Assembly (NCBI GenBank): GCA_963748815.1
Contig: CAVVKJ010000010.1
Location: forward strand, 1,024,001-1,088,000
Reading direction: 5' to 3'
Origin: an uncultured Gemmatimonadales bacterium
Lineage (GTDB): Bacteria > Gemmatimonadota > Gemmatimonadetes > Gemmatimonadales > GWC2-71-9
DNA: 64,000 nucleotides
Position numbers and translations under genes: made by a program. Each line of letters starts with the position of its first letter. Within the stretch, counting starts at the first letter, position 1. Below the pieces are notes generated by a model. It had not been told where the DNA came from, did not search any database, and saw only the letters and a program-made list of their open reading frames with translations. Below are positions 54,973 through 64,000 of the stretch, one piece after another.

Positions 54973-55849
54973 TCACCCGAGACGGTGGACCCGGAAAAAC
55001 TCCCAGAGGGCCGCGGCGCCGTCGAGCCGACCGCTGGCCGGCCCGGCGACCCAGGGAGGCAGCAGTCGTGGACCACCCGGCCAGTGATGGCCGAGGTCCT
55101 CCACGATCAGGCATCGCACGTCGGCACCAGCCGGGCATCCGCCGGCGCGCAACTCCCGCACCCCCTCGATCCGGTCGGTTCGCGTCGGCGCACCGGTGCA
55201 GCCGTTGAACGCGCACCACCGGTCGAACGACTCCAGCACGGGCGGATGGTACTCGCTCGTCCCCCAGGGAGTCGTCACCTCGCCCCCCTCGACCGGATTC
55301 AGCGGGTCGACGCCGCCGAAGATCATCAGCGCCGGCACCGGCGTGTCCGCGGCCGGCGGCGACACCCAGCAGTGACCGGCGACCGGACCGATGGCCGCCA
55401 CCCGGCCCGCCAGCTCCGCGCCGGCGCGGAACGCCATCGAGGCGCCGTTCGAGAATCCGGCGAGGTAGACCCGGGCCGGGTCGGCGCCCCACGACGCCGA
55501 CCGACCTCGTCAATGACGCCGCCGAGAGGAACCCCACGTCGTCCACGCCGGTGCGCGCGGTGTGCCCGCGGCCCGATCCGTCGTTCCAGGCCTGCGGATT
55601 CTGCAGGAACATGGGAGGCGAGGCGGGATCCCTGCGGGTGCCCTCCGGATACACCAGGAGGAGTCCCTCGCGGTCGGCGAGCTCCGCCCAGCCGGTATTG
55701 CCCAGCGCGAGCTTCGCGGTGCCGCCGGCGCCGTGAAGCAGCACGACCGCGGGCCGGACTCGGCCCCCGATCGACCCCGCCGGATCACGGACCAGGACCC
55801 GTCGTGCCCCCTCCGGTCGCTCGATGTGCAGCTCCCGGAGACCGCTCAT
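54973..55849 (-). CDS. PHB depolymerase / LpqC family esterase, frameshifted at about 55490-55525
   Basis: LLHGAGGT, LVYPEG, WNDG, DDVGFL in one frame; DPARVYLAGFSNGASM (GxSxG), GGVDP, GHHWPG in another. Confidence 0.8.
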
Positions 55850-55921
55850 CGACCCTCCGGTGGCGCGCGTCTCGCTGCCCCATCATACTTGTGGGCATTC
55901 CTCTCACTGGAGCCCCACGTC

Positions 55922-56287
55922 ATGTCGCTCATGCTGCTCCTTGCCCTTGGCCTCGCGGCCGGCGTCCTCTCCGGTCTCTTCGGCATTGGCGGCGGCGTCA
56001 TCATCGTATCCACGCTGGTGCTCGTCGGTCGCATGCCGATCCTGCAGGCCACCGGAACTTCGCTCGGGGCGCTCCTCCTCCCCGTCGGGCTCCTCGGCGC
56101 GATGGAGTATCACCGCCGCGGCCTGCTCGACGTCCGGGCCTCCGCGCTCATCGCCCTCGGCCTCTTCCTCGGCGTCTGGTTCGGCGCCAAGATCGCCATG
56201 GGCACGCCCCCGGCGGTGCTGCAGCGGCTGTTCGCCGTCTTCATGATCGTGCTGGCCGTCCGGATGTGGATCGGCGCGGGACGCTGA
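55922..56287 (+). CDS. Half-size TauE/SafE family membrane protein
   Basis: GLAAGVLSGLFGIGGG, ATGTSL; 121 aa. Confidence 0.85.
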   Translation: MSLMLLLALGLAAGVLSGLFGIGGGVIIVSTLVLVGRMPILQATGTSLGALLLPVGLLGAMEYHRRGLLDVRASALIALGLFLGVWFGAKIAMGTPPAVLQRLFAVFMIVLAVRMWIGAGR

Positions 56288-56329
56288 GCGCCCCGCGCCG
56301 ATCGCGGTGAAGCAGCACCCCGCACCGAC

Positions 56330-57856
56330 TCAGTCGGCTCGGGCCATCATCCGCTTGATCGGCAGCACCAGCGCGAACATCACCAGGCCGGAGATGATGG
56401 CGAAGCCGGCCACCGCCCCGAACACCTGCGGCAGGGTGAACTGGGCATAGAAGCCGAGCACGCCGCCGGCGATCAGGTTGCCGACCGAAGCGGCCAGGAA
56501 CCAGACCCCCATCATCATCCCCTTCACCCGGTCCGGCGCCAGTCGCGTCATGGAGCTCAGGCCCACCGGGCTCAGGCTCAACTCGCCGATGGTGTGCAGC
56601 AGGTACGTCGCCACCAGCCACCAGGGGCTCACGAGGACGCCGTTCGCCGAGGCCTTGGCGGCGGCCACCATCACGACGAACCCGAGGCCGACCGACACGA
56701 GGCCGAAGGCGAACTTGGCCGGGCTCGAGGGATCGCGCTTGCCCAAGGCCAGCCAGATCCAGGCGAAGATGGGCGCGAAGATGATGATCAGGAGCGCGTT
56801 GACCGACTGGAACCAGCTTGAGGGGAAGGTGAGGCCGAACACGCTGTTGCGGGTGTTGTCCTGGGCAAAGAGGTTCAGGCTCGTGGCCGCCTGCTCGAAC
56901 GCCGACCAGAAGATGGCGGCGCCCACGAAGAGCACGACGATCACGATCAGCCGCTTCCGCTCCTCGGCGGTCCATGTGTTGCCGAGAAAGAGCCAGGCGA
57001 AGAAGGCGACGACCAGCGCCAGGTAGACCCACTTGAATCCGTCGGTGATGGCCTCGGAACTCACGATCCCCTGCTGGACCAGCAGCGCCATGGCCGCGAT
57101 CACGGCCAGCAACCCGACGAAGCCTCCGACGAGCTGACGCCGCGCCGACTGGCCCTCGGCGGACGCCGGCGGCACGCTCGGGTGAATGCCGGCGTCGCCG
57201 AAGTGCTTCCACCCCATGCGATACTGGATGACGCCGAAGAACATCCCGATGGCGCCGACGCCGAAGCCCCAGTTCCATGAAGTCGCCGGGTTGAAGCCCA
57301 TCCCCTCGAGGATGCCCTTGAACCAGGGGCTCTGCGCGAGTCCGCCCACGATCAGCGGCGCGATGAACGCGCCGAGGTTGATGCCCATGTAGAAGATCGA
57401 GAAGCCGGCGTCGCGGCGCTGGTCGTCCTTGCCGTACAGCTCACCGACGATGGCGCTCACGTTCGGCTTCAGCAGGCCGGTGCCCAGGATGATCAGGGCC
57501 AGGCCGAGGTAGAAGAGCTTCGCGCCCGGCACCGCCAGGCAGAGCTGGCCGAACATGATGAGGATGCCGCCGTAGAACACCGAGCGCCGGAGCCCGAGGA
57601 TCCGGTCGGCCACCCACCCGCCCGGCAAGCCGAGCATGTACACCAGCGCCACGTAGGTGCCGTAGATCGCGCCGGCCCGCCCCACGTCGAAGCCGAGGCC
57701 GCCCGCGGCCACCGAGGCCGTCATGAACAGCACGAGGATGGCGCGCATGCCGTAGTAGGCGAAGCGCTCCCACATCTCGGTGAAGAAGAGCGTGGACAAT
57801 CCCCGGGGGTGCCCGAAGAAGGCCGTATCGCTCGCCGGCGAGGTTCCTGTGGCCAC
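56330..57856 (-). CDS. POT/PTR family proton-dependent peptide transporter
   Basis: FFGHPRGL, EMWERFAYYGMR, GLLKPN, FSIFYMGINLG. Confidence 0.95.
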   Translation of the reverse strand: MATGTSPASDTAFFGHPRGLSTLFFTEMWERFAYYGMRAILVLFMTASVAAGGLGFDVGRAGAIYGTYVALVYMLGLPGGWVADRILGLRRSVFYGGILIMFGQLCLAVPGAKLFYLGLALIILGTGLLKPNVSAIVGELYGKDDQRRDAGFSIFYMGINLGAFIAPLIVGGLAQSPWFKGILEGMGFNPATSWNWGFGVGAIGMFFGVIQYRMGWKHFGDAGIHPSVPPASAEGQSARRQLVGGFVGLLAVIAAMALLVQQGIVSSEAITDGFKWVYLALVVAFFAWLFLGNTWTAEERKRLIVIVVLFVGAAIFWSAFEQAATSLNLFAQDNTRNSVFGLTFPSSWFQSVNALLIIIFAPIFAWIWLALGKRDPSSPAKFAFGLVSVGLGFVVMVAAAKASANGVLVSPWWLVATYLLHTIGELSLSPVGLSSMTRLAPDRVKGMMMGVWFLAASVGNLIAGGVLGFYAQFTLPQVFGAVAGFAIISGLVMFALVLPIKRMMARAD

Positions 57857-57912
57857 GAAGCTGACTCCTGGTTGAAGTGGTCGGGGGGCGGTTCGACGAA
57901 ACGCCCCCCTGG

Positions 57913-58431
57913 CTATCCTTCGCCGCGTACCTTGCGCTTCAGGTGCTCCAGCTGTGCGTCGGCCGCCGATTCCCGCGCGGCGCGGTCCAGCTCGTATCGG
58001 AGCCCGGCATCTTCCACGTCGGGCTCGAGGTTCGGCAGCGGCGCGGCCGCGCCGCGCCGCTGCTGGAACTCCGTGCGCATCGATTCCAGCTCCCGCTCCG
58101 CGAGCGCCAGCTCATCGCGCTGCACCGCCACTTTCCGTTCCAGCAGCTGGACCCGCTCCGCGTGCCGCGCCGTAAACCGGTCCGCCACGTCCGCCGTCTC
58201 CTGGTCGCCGATCTCCGCCGCCATCCGCCCACGTCGTTCCGCGTCGGCCAGCTGCCGCCGCTCCTGCTCCAGCGCCCGTTCGGCGGCGTCGAGCGCGTCG
58301 CGCATCGTCGAGACCCCCACCTTGGCGTCCACCAGCGCGGCATGCAGCGCCTGCTGCTGCTCACGGGCATCCGGCGGCGGCGTCCGCTCGGCGAGGAACC
58401 GATCGAGCCGGGCGCGCAGCTGTTCAAACAC
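57913..58431 (-). CDS. PspA/IM30-like coiled-coil protein (short)
   Basis: All-helical coiled coil, A..IGDQETA..A, C-terminal ADAQLEHLKRK. Confidence 0.6.
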   Translation of the reverse strand: MFEQLRARLDRFLAERTPPPDAREQQQALHAALVDAKVGVSTMRDALDAAERALEQERRQLADAERRGRMAAEIGDQETADVADRFTARHAERVQLLERKVAVQRDELALAERELESMRTEFQQRRGAAAPLPNLEPDVEDAGLRYELDRAARESAADAQLEHLKRKVRGEG

Positions 58432-58433
58432 CG

Positions 58434-58598
58434 TCAGGACTTCCGAATCGTCTTGGCGTAGAACGGAGTGAATACCCGCTCGACCTCGGTGGATCCGCAG
58501 GAGGGGCAGGTCACCTTCACACGGCCGAGGTCCCGCATCGGCAGGTGCCGGGTGAAGGCATGGTCGCAGGAGGCACAGTGAAAATCGTACGATGCCAC
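58434..58598 (-). CDS. FmdB family zinc-ribbon protein
   Basis: YDFHCASCDHAF...CPSCGS..VERVF. Confidence 0.8.
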   Translation of the reverse strand: MASYDFHCASCDHAFTRHLPMRDLGRVKVTCPSCGSTEVERVFTPFYAKTIRKS

Positions 58599-58626
58599 GG
58601 GTCGGGCCTTTCTGGCAGGATGGGGA

Positions 58627-58655
58627 ATGTTACGGATCGGCTTGGGGGGCGTCAA
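58627..58655 (-). promoter_or_regulatory. Putative sigma70 promoter
   Basis: TTGACG-N17-TAACAT upstream of the zinc-ribbon gene. Confidence 0.55.
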
Positions 58656-58738
58656 GCGAGGACGCCCCTCGACGCGCCCACCGGGTGTAACTTTCCATGA
58701 CGATCCTGCACCCGGCGCCCCCGACCCGGAGAGTGTCC

Positions 58739-59224
58739 ATGACCCGCCATCCCGCCCTCACGCTGCTGCCCCTCCTGGTGCTCGCCGCCTGTGGCGAGAG
58801 CACGCCAAGGGCCGCGTGCGGACTGGCGGCCCTGGCAGGGCCGGCCATGCTGCTCTCGGAGTTCGCCACGCCGGGCCAGACCCTCGGCCTCCCCCCCGAC
58901 TCGCTCCCGCCCCGGCTCGTCGCCCGCATGGTGGCGGGACCGGCCCTGCCGGCCATCGTCGGTCGGACCGACTCGGGGTGGGTCATCGGCGTCGAAGGCA
59001 CGCTGCCCTCCACCGTGACGCCGGGCTTCGGAGTGCTGGTCATGGAAGTGGACGGCTCGGCGCGGGGAGTCTTGCTCTACGAACGGACGCCCATTGCGCA
59101 GGCGCCGATATTGGGCACGGTGACGATCGATTCGACCACCGTCCCGTTGCTCGGGATCCAGCTCAGCGCAGGGAAGTATGAAGACCCGAAGTGCCCGGTA
59201 TTCCCGGACTCGGTGCTGCGGTAA
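58739..59224 (+). CDS. Hypothetical lipoprotein
   Basis: Lipobox LAAC; two further Cys residues. Confidence 0.6.
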   Translation: MTRHPALTLLPLLVLAACGESTPRAACGLAALAGPAMLLSEFATPGQTLGLPPDSLPPRLVARMVAGPALPAIVGRTDSGWVIGVEGTLPSTVTPGFGVLVMEVDGSARGVLLYERTPIAQAPILGTVTIDSTTVPLLGIQLSAGKYEDPKCPVFPDSVLR

Positions 59225-59230
59225 GGACGT

Positions 59231-59953
59231 CTACAACTGCCCGTCGCCCCGGTGACGGGCGCGGACGAGGCGATCTTCCGTCAGGATGTTCGGAAAGAAG
59301 ACCCGGTCGCTGAGCATCGTGAGGGCGCCCCGCACCACCTCGAAGCGATCGGCGGCGATGCGGAAGACGGCCTCGAGTCCCAGCCGGTCGGCGAGCGCGT
59401 GCTGGGCCGCGAGCGCGTACCCCCGGCGCCCGAGGGAATCGTAGTAGTTGAGGCCGGGGCCGCCGCGGCGGGCGCGCCGGGCGGCGATGTAGTCGGGAAA
59501 GACCCCCGCGAGCCACAGCGCGTAATTGCCCAGGTGCGCCATCACTTTGAACCGCCGGTCGCCCTCCGTCTGCTCGAGGTCGGCCACGATGTCGACGAGG
59601 TACCGATGCCGCTGGTCGTCGTTCCAGTCCACGCGCCAGGCGCGATCGCGCTGGCCGAAGGCGAGGAGGAGCGCCGCGAGGTAGTCGGCGAGATCGGCGT
59701 CATCCACCCCCTCGGTGCGGAGCGCATGGCGAACCATCACGTAGAGAAAGAGCGCCTCGGAGGGGGCGAGCAGCGTGCGAACGGCGAGCAGGCGCTCCGC
59801 CAGTTCCGGCGCGTCGAGCAGCGGCCCCGGGCCTTCGCGCTCGAGGCGGCGCTCCCAGCGGGCGCGCGCCACCGCGGACCCCCCCGCCAGGAGCAGCAGG
59901 ACGAGCTGCAGATCGGACGATTCCAGGTGTCCCCGGGTGTCTGCCACGATCAT
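59231..59953 (-). CDS. Conserved hypothetical all-helical protein
   Basis: Coding-like ORF with ADYLAALL, YLVDI, HLGNYALWLAGVFPD, YYDSLGRRGY. Confidence 0.7.
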   Translation of the reverse strand: MIVADTRGHLESSDLQLVLLLLAGGSAVARARWERRLEREGPGPLLDAPELAERLLAVRTLLAPSEALFLYVMVRHALRTEGVDDADLADYLAALLLAFGQRDRAWRVDWNDDQRHRYLVDIVADLEQTEGDRRFKVMAHLGNYALWLAGVFPDYIAARRARRGGPGLNYYDSLGRRGYALAAQHALADRLGLEAVFRIAADRFEVVRGALTMLSDRVFFPNILTEDRLVRARHRGDGQL

Positions 59954-59966
59954 CTGGTGGTCTCCC

Positions 59967-61844
59967 GTGATTGAGCCCGCCACCCTCCGCCGCGTGACGG
60001 AGTTCTCGCGATCCCTGCTGGCGGCCCGCGAGGAGCCGCAGGTGGTCGCGCGACTCGGCGAGGCGCTGCGCACGGCATTCGCCAACGCAGCCGTGGCCAC
60101 CGCGCTCTTCGACAAGAACCGCGCAATCCTCGTGCCCATCCCGGTCCCGGGAGCCGGCCCATCTGCGGCCCCCGCCCCGCTCGAAGCCGCGATGGTCGGC
60201 CCGATCGAGAGCGGCACCGCCGAAGGGACCTGGCTCGCCGCCCCGATCAGCGTCAACGGAGGGGCCGTCGGCTCCGCCGCCATCCTCATCCGCGGGCGGG
60301 CGGTCACGCCGGCGGACCGGGCAATCCTCGAGGCGCATCTCGAGGCGGTCTCGATCGCGCTGGAGCACCTCCGCCGGGAGGCGGCGCACGAGGATGCCCG
60401 GCGCTCCTGGGAGCGGCTGGTCGACGCAGTGCCCTACGCCCTCTGCCTGGTCGATGCGCAGGGCCGCGCGCGCCGCGCCAATCGGGCCTTTGCCGACCTG
60501 GTCCACGCCCCGACCACCGCCATCGCCGGGCGGCCCTGGCTGGCCCTCGTGCCGCCCGCGTGGGGTGAGGGGCTGGCCGAGGCCCTCGCAGCCCCCGGCA
60601 CCGGTCGCGAAGTGCAACTGCGCGCCGGACCCCGCACCTTCGCAGTCAGCGCCTATCCGATCGGGCACATGCCGGGCGACGCCGTCCTGGTGTTCGAGGA
60701 CCAGACCGACCGCCGCCGGCTGCAGGACCAGCTGATCCAATCTGAGAAGATGTCGGCCATCGGACAACTGATCGCCGGCATCGCCCACGACCTGAACAAC
60801 CCGCTGGCCTCGGTCATCGGCTTTGCCGACTTCCTGCTCGAGGGGCGCGACGTCCCCCCGCCTCTCGTGGAGCCGGTGCGCGTCATCCAGCAGGAAGCGG
60901 AACGGGCCGCCAACATCGTGCGCAACCTGCTCAACTTCGCGCGCAAGCAGGATCACGCCCGCCGCCCGACCGAACTCGAACCATTGCTGCACGCCACGCT
61001 CACGCTGCTTCGCACCCAGATGGTGTCCCGCCGCGTCGAGCTGCTGCTCGACATCGAGCCAAAGCTCCCGAGCATCGACGCCGACGCCGGCCAGGTGCAG
61101 CAGGTGTTCGTCAACCTCATCAACAACGCGGCCCATGCCATCGAGTCCGCCGGGCGCGCCGGCCGCGTGGTGATCCGCGCCCGCCCGTGGCGCGACGGAG
61201 TGGCCGTCGAGGTCAGCGACGACGGGCCGGGCATGACGCCCGATGTGGCGGCACAGGTCTTCGAGCCCTTCTTCACCACCAAGCCGGAGGGACAGGGCAC
61301 CGGACTCGGCCTCTCGATCTGCCAGGGCATCGTGAAGGAGCACGGGGGTCGCATCGTCCTGTCCACCGCCCCCGCGCAGGGGGCGCGATTCACCGTCGAA
61401 CTTCCCCGCAGCAGCCGGGGCGTCGAGGCGCCGGCCCCCGCGGCGGCACCCGATGCCGCCGCGACGCCGCCGCTCCGCATCCTGGTCATCGACGACGAAC
61501 CGCACATCCTGCACTACATGCGCGCCACGCTGGAGGCGTGGGGGCATGGGGTCGAAGTCGCAGGGGACGGCGAGGAGGGGCTCGCGCTAGCGGCTGCCGG
61601 CGGCTTCGACCTCATCCTCTCCGACCTCCGGATGCCCCGCCTCACCGGGCGCGAGTTCTTCGCAGCGCTCAAGGAACGCAATCCCGAAGCCGCCAGCCGG
61701 GTGGTCTTCAGTACCGGCGACACCGTGCACGGCGACACCACGGCCTTCCTCGAATCGCAGCCACACCCCTTCCTGAACAAGCCGTTCAGTCTCGCCGAAC
61801 TGCGCGCCCTCCTCGCCCGCTCGGCGCCCACGCCGCTCGCATGA
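59967..61844 (+). CDS. Hybrid sensor histidine kinase (GAF-like, PAS, HisKA, HATPase, receiver)
   Basis: AGIAHDLNNPL, QVFVNLINNA, DDGPGM, FEPFFTTK, GTGLGL, receiver DDE...SDLRMP...KP. Confidence 0.93.
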   Translation: MIEPATLRRVTEFSRSLLAAREEPQVVARLGEALRTAFANAAVATALFDKNRAILVPIPVPGAGPSAAPAPLEAAMVGPIESGTAEGTWLAAPISVNGGAVGSAAILIRGRAVTPADRAILEAHLEAVSIALEHLRREAAHEDARRSWERLVDAVPYALCLVDAQGRARRANRAFADLVHAPTTAIAGRPWLALVPPAWGEGLAEALAAPGTGREVQLRAGPRTFAVSAYPIGHMPGDAVLVFEDQTDRRRLQDQLIQSEKMSAIGQLIAGIAHDLNNPLASVIGFADFLLEGRDVPPPLVEPVRVIQQEAERAANIVRNLLNFARKQDHARRPTELEPLLHATLTLLRTQMVSRRVELLLDIEPKLPSIDADAGQVQQVFVNLINNAAHAIESAGRAGRVVIRARPWRDGVAVEVSDDGPGMTPDVAAQVFEPFFTTKPEGQGTGLGLSICQGIVKEHGGRIVLSTAPAQGARFTVELPRSSRGVEAPAPAAAPDAAATPPLRILVIDDEPHILHYMRATLEAWGHGVEVAGDGEEGLALAAAGGFDLILSDLRMPRLTGREFFAALKERNPEAASRVVFSTGDTVHGDTTAFLESQPHPFLNKPFSLAELRALLARSAPTPLA

Positions 61845-62911
61845 CCACGCATGTCGTGCACGTCGCCTCCGGCCGGGAATGGCGGGGCGGGCAGCGGCAG
61901 GTCCGCCTGCTCGCCCGGGCGCTCGCGAGGCATGCCGAGGTCACGCAGGTCGTCGTCACGGGACGGGAGAGCGAGTTGGCCCGGCGGCTGGCCGAGGACG
62001 GGATTCCGGTCCGCACGCCGACCTGGAACGGCGCGTTCGGACTTGGCCCGCTGCTCGCCACCCTGCGCGCCGCCCACCGCACCACCGTGCTCCACGCCCA
62101 CGACAGCCACGCCCTGACGCTCGCCGCCCTCGTGCGTGGCGCGACGGGGGCGGCGCTCGTCGCGACGCGGCGGGTGGACTTCCCGCTGCGGCGCACCGGA
62201 TTCTGGCGGTTCGCCGGGCGAATCATCGCCGTCTCGGCCGCCGTCCGGGACGCCCTGGTCGCGAGCGGCATCCCAGCGGCGAAAGTCGACGTGGTGCCCG
62301 ATGGCATCGCGGTCGACGAGGTCGCCCGGACCGAACGGATCGACCCGCGCCCCGGGCTCGGGCTCACCCCAGGTACCCCCCTGGTCATGGCCACCGGGGC
62401 CCTTGTGGGGCACAAGGGCCACGCGACCCTCATCCGGGCCGCGGCAATCGTCGCCGCCGAGCGCCCCGACCTCCACTGGGCCATCGCCGGCCAGGGGCCG
62501 CTCCGCGGGTCGCTCGACGCCCTCGTTCGCGAGCTGGGGCTCGAGGGTCGGGTGCACCTCCTCGGCGAGGTGCCCGAGGCCGTCCGGCTGGTGGCAACGG
62601 CCGACCTCTTCGTCATGCCGTCGACCATGGAAGGTCTCGGCACCTCGGTGCTCGACGCGATGGCGCTCGGCATTCCGGTCGTCGCCACCCGCGCCGGCGG
62701 AATTCCCGAGGTGCTGGCCGGTGGCGCCGGGCGCCTGGTGGACCCCGGCGATCCGGTCGCGCTCGCCGCCGCCACGCTCGAGGCGCTCGGGAATCCCGCC
62801 CTCCGGCAGGCCCTCACCGACCGCGCCCGGGAGGCCGTCCGCCGCTACAGCGACGAAAGGATGGCCGAGGGCGTCCTACGGGTATATCGTTCCCTCACTT
62901 CAGCCCAATGA
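61841..62911 (+). CDS. Glycosyltransferase family 4
   Basis: WRGGQRQV, HAH, KGH, PSTMEGLGTSVLDAMALG. Confidence 0.92.
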   Translation: MTTHVVHVASGREWRGGQRQVRLLARALARHAEVTQVVVTGRESELARRLAEDGIPVRTPTWNGAFGLGPLLATLRAAHRTTVLHAHDSHALTLAALVRGATGAALVATRRVDFPLRRTGFWRFAGRIIAVSAAVRDALVASGIPAAKVDVVPDGIAVDEVARTERIDPRPGLGLTPGTPLVMATGALVGHKGHATLIRAAAIVAAERPDLHWAIAGQGPLRGSLDALVRELGLEGRVHLLGEVPEAVRLVATADLFVMPSTMEGLGTSVLDAMALGIPVVATRAGGIPEVLAGGAGRLVDPGDPVALAAATLEALGNPALRQALTDRAREAVRRYSDERMAEGVLRVYRSLTSAQ

Positions 62912-62917
62912 TGAGCA

Positions 62918-63658
62918 ATGCTTTATATCTGCATTCCGAGCCGAAACGAAGCGCCCACCGTCGGCCTCCTCCTCTGGAAGATCCGGCAGGTGTTCACCGC
63001 CGCCCCCCGCGAGTATCACCTCCTCGTCGGGGACGACGCGTCGAGCGATGCGACCAAGGAGGTGCTGGCGCCGTATTCCAAGGTCCTGCCGCTGACCATC
63101 CTGCGACAGGACCGGCACCAGGGGTACGCCCGGACGGTCGAACACCTCCTGCGCCACGCCGTCACCCTGAGCGACCGCCCCCGGCGGGACGCGGCCGTCG
63201 TGCTGCGGGCCGACTTTCTCCACGATCCGGCGACGATTCCTGAACTGCTGAAGAAGTTTGACAGCGGCGCGGACCTGGTCGTGGCGGAGAGCCAGGGCGA
63301 GGGGGCGCCGACCCGCGGCCATCGGTGGCTGCGGCGCTATGCCCCGTTGCTGCTCCGCCGGCGGGTCCGCGTGCCCGGCGTGCGCGACACCGCCAGCGGC
63401 TTCCTCGCCATGCGGCTCAGCGTCGCGAAGGACGCCCTTCCCGGCGACGGACCGGTGCTCACCGCCGACGGCTGGGCCGCGAACGCCGAGTTGATTGCGC
63501 GGGCGGCCGCCGCCTCCCGGAAGATCGAGAGCGTCCCGACGCAGGAGCGCTACGACCTCCTGCAGCGTCCCCTCGACTCCGATCCCTGGGCCGCCGCCCG
63601 GGCGCTCTGGCGGACGGCCGGCGCGCTCCGGATTCCCGTGGCCGCGGGGCCTCGATGA
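62918..63658 (+). CDS. Glycosyltransferase family 2 (DPM synthase-like)
   Basis: ICIPSRNEA, VGDDASSDAT, RADFLHDP, RDTASGF. Confidence 0.8.
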   Translation: MLYICIPSRNEAPTVGLLLWKIRQVFTAAPREYHLLVGDDASSDATKEVLAPYSKVLPLTILRQDRHQGYARTVEHLLRHAVTLSDRPRRDAAVVLRADFLHDPATIPELLKKFDSGADLVVAESQGEGAPTRGHRWLRRYAPLLLRRRVRVPGVRDTASGFLAMRLSVAKDALPGDGPVLTADGWAANAELIARAAAASRKIESVPTQERYDLLQRPLDSDPWAAARALWRTAGALRIPVAAGPR

Positions 63659-64000
63659 TCGGCGCCGCACTCCTCCTCGCCCTGCAGGCGCCGCTCGCCG
63701 CGCCGCCTGCGGCGAAACCACCGCCGGCCTATCCCTTCGCCGTCGGCGAGCGGCTGACCTACTCGGCCAAGCTCGGCATCGTCACGCTCGGCGAGGGACA
63801 TGTGGAAGTGGCCCGGATGGACACGGTCCGGGGAGTCGAAGCCTTCCTCTTCCGCTTCACGCTGGCCGGCGGCGTGCCGCTCTACAGCCTCGACGACACG
63901 CTCGAGTCGTGGACCGGGGTCGACGACCTCCTCTCCCGGCGCTTCGTGCAGCGCCAGTTCGAGGGCGGCAAGACGCGCTTCCGCCACTACGAGATCTTCC
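63655..64000 (+). CDS. Secreted DUF3108-like protein, partial
   Basis: Translated by hand: signal peptide, PFAVGERLTY, DTVRG, DDTLESW. Runs off the window. Confidence 0.7.
   Translation, partial: MIGAALLLALQAPLAAPPAAKPPPAYPFAVGERLTYSAKLGIVTLGEGHVEVARMDTVRGVEAFLFRFTLAGGVPLYSLDDTLESWTGVDDLLSRRFVQRQFEGGKTRFRHYEIF

Overview
High-GC bacterial chromosome segment. Gene content and style suggest Gemmatimonadota, which is an inference and was not tested. It carries about 68 protein genes, mostly housekeeping or envelope-related: GT4/AlkP/PAP2, pdp, ligA, tldD/pmbA, fadD, a pterin cluster, herA-sbcD-sbcC, an aminotransferase, hup, tdk, coaE, gcvH/gcvP, an opp/dpp ABC operon, an uppS-containing regulon, a TonB-dependent receptor, SCO/PCuAC/CtaG, a POT transporter, a hybrid kinase and glycosyltransferases. 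I saw no prophage, transposase, CRISPR array, tRNA or rRNA. The most notable items are: (1) a ~165-nt rod-shaped RNA with 6S RNA hallmarks, its own sigma70 promoter and a terminator, directly upstream of (2) a PTPS-II/folE/SDR cluster resembling a tetrahydrobiopterin pathway; (3) a HerA-Mre11-Rad50-GNAT operon with no NurA; (4) a DeaD-like pseudo-helicase that has lost its ATPase motifs but keeps the DbpA RNA-binding domain; (5) a wHTH-regulated operon with an out-of-context uppS and a visible operator; (6) a G-rich 8-bp microsatellite plus a structured intergenic region. Several frameshifts (herA x4, the TonB receptor, an esterase) look like long-read indel errors rather than true pseudogenes. 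All calls come from reading motifs by eye; no database searches were run.
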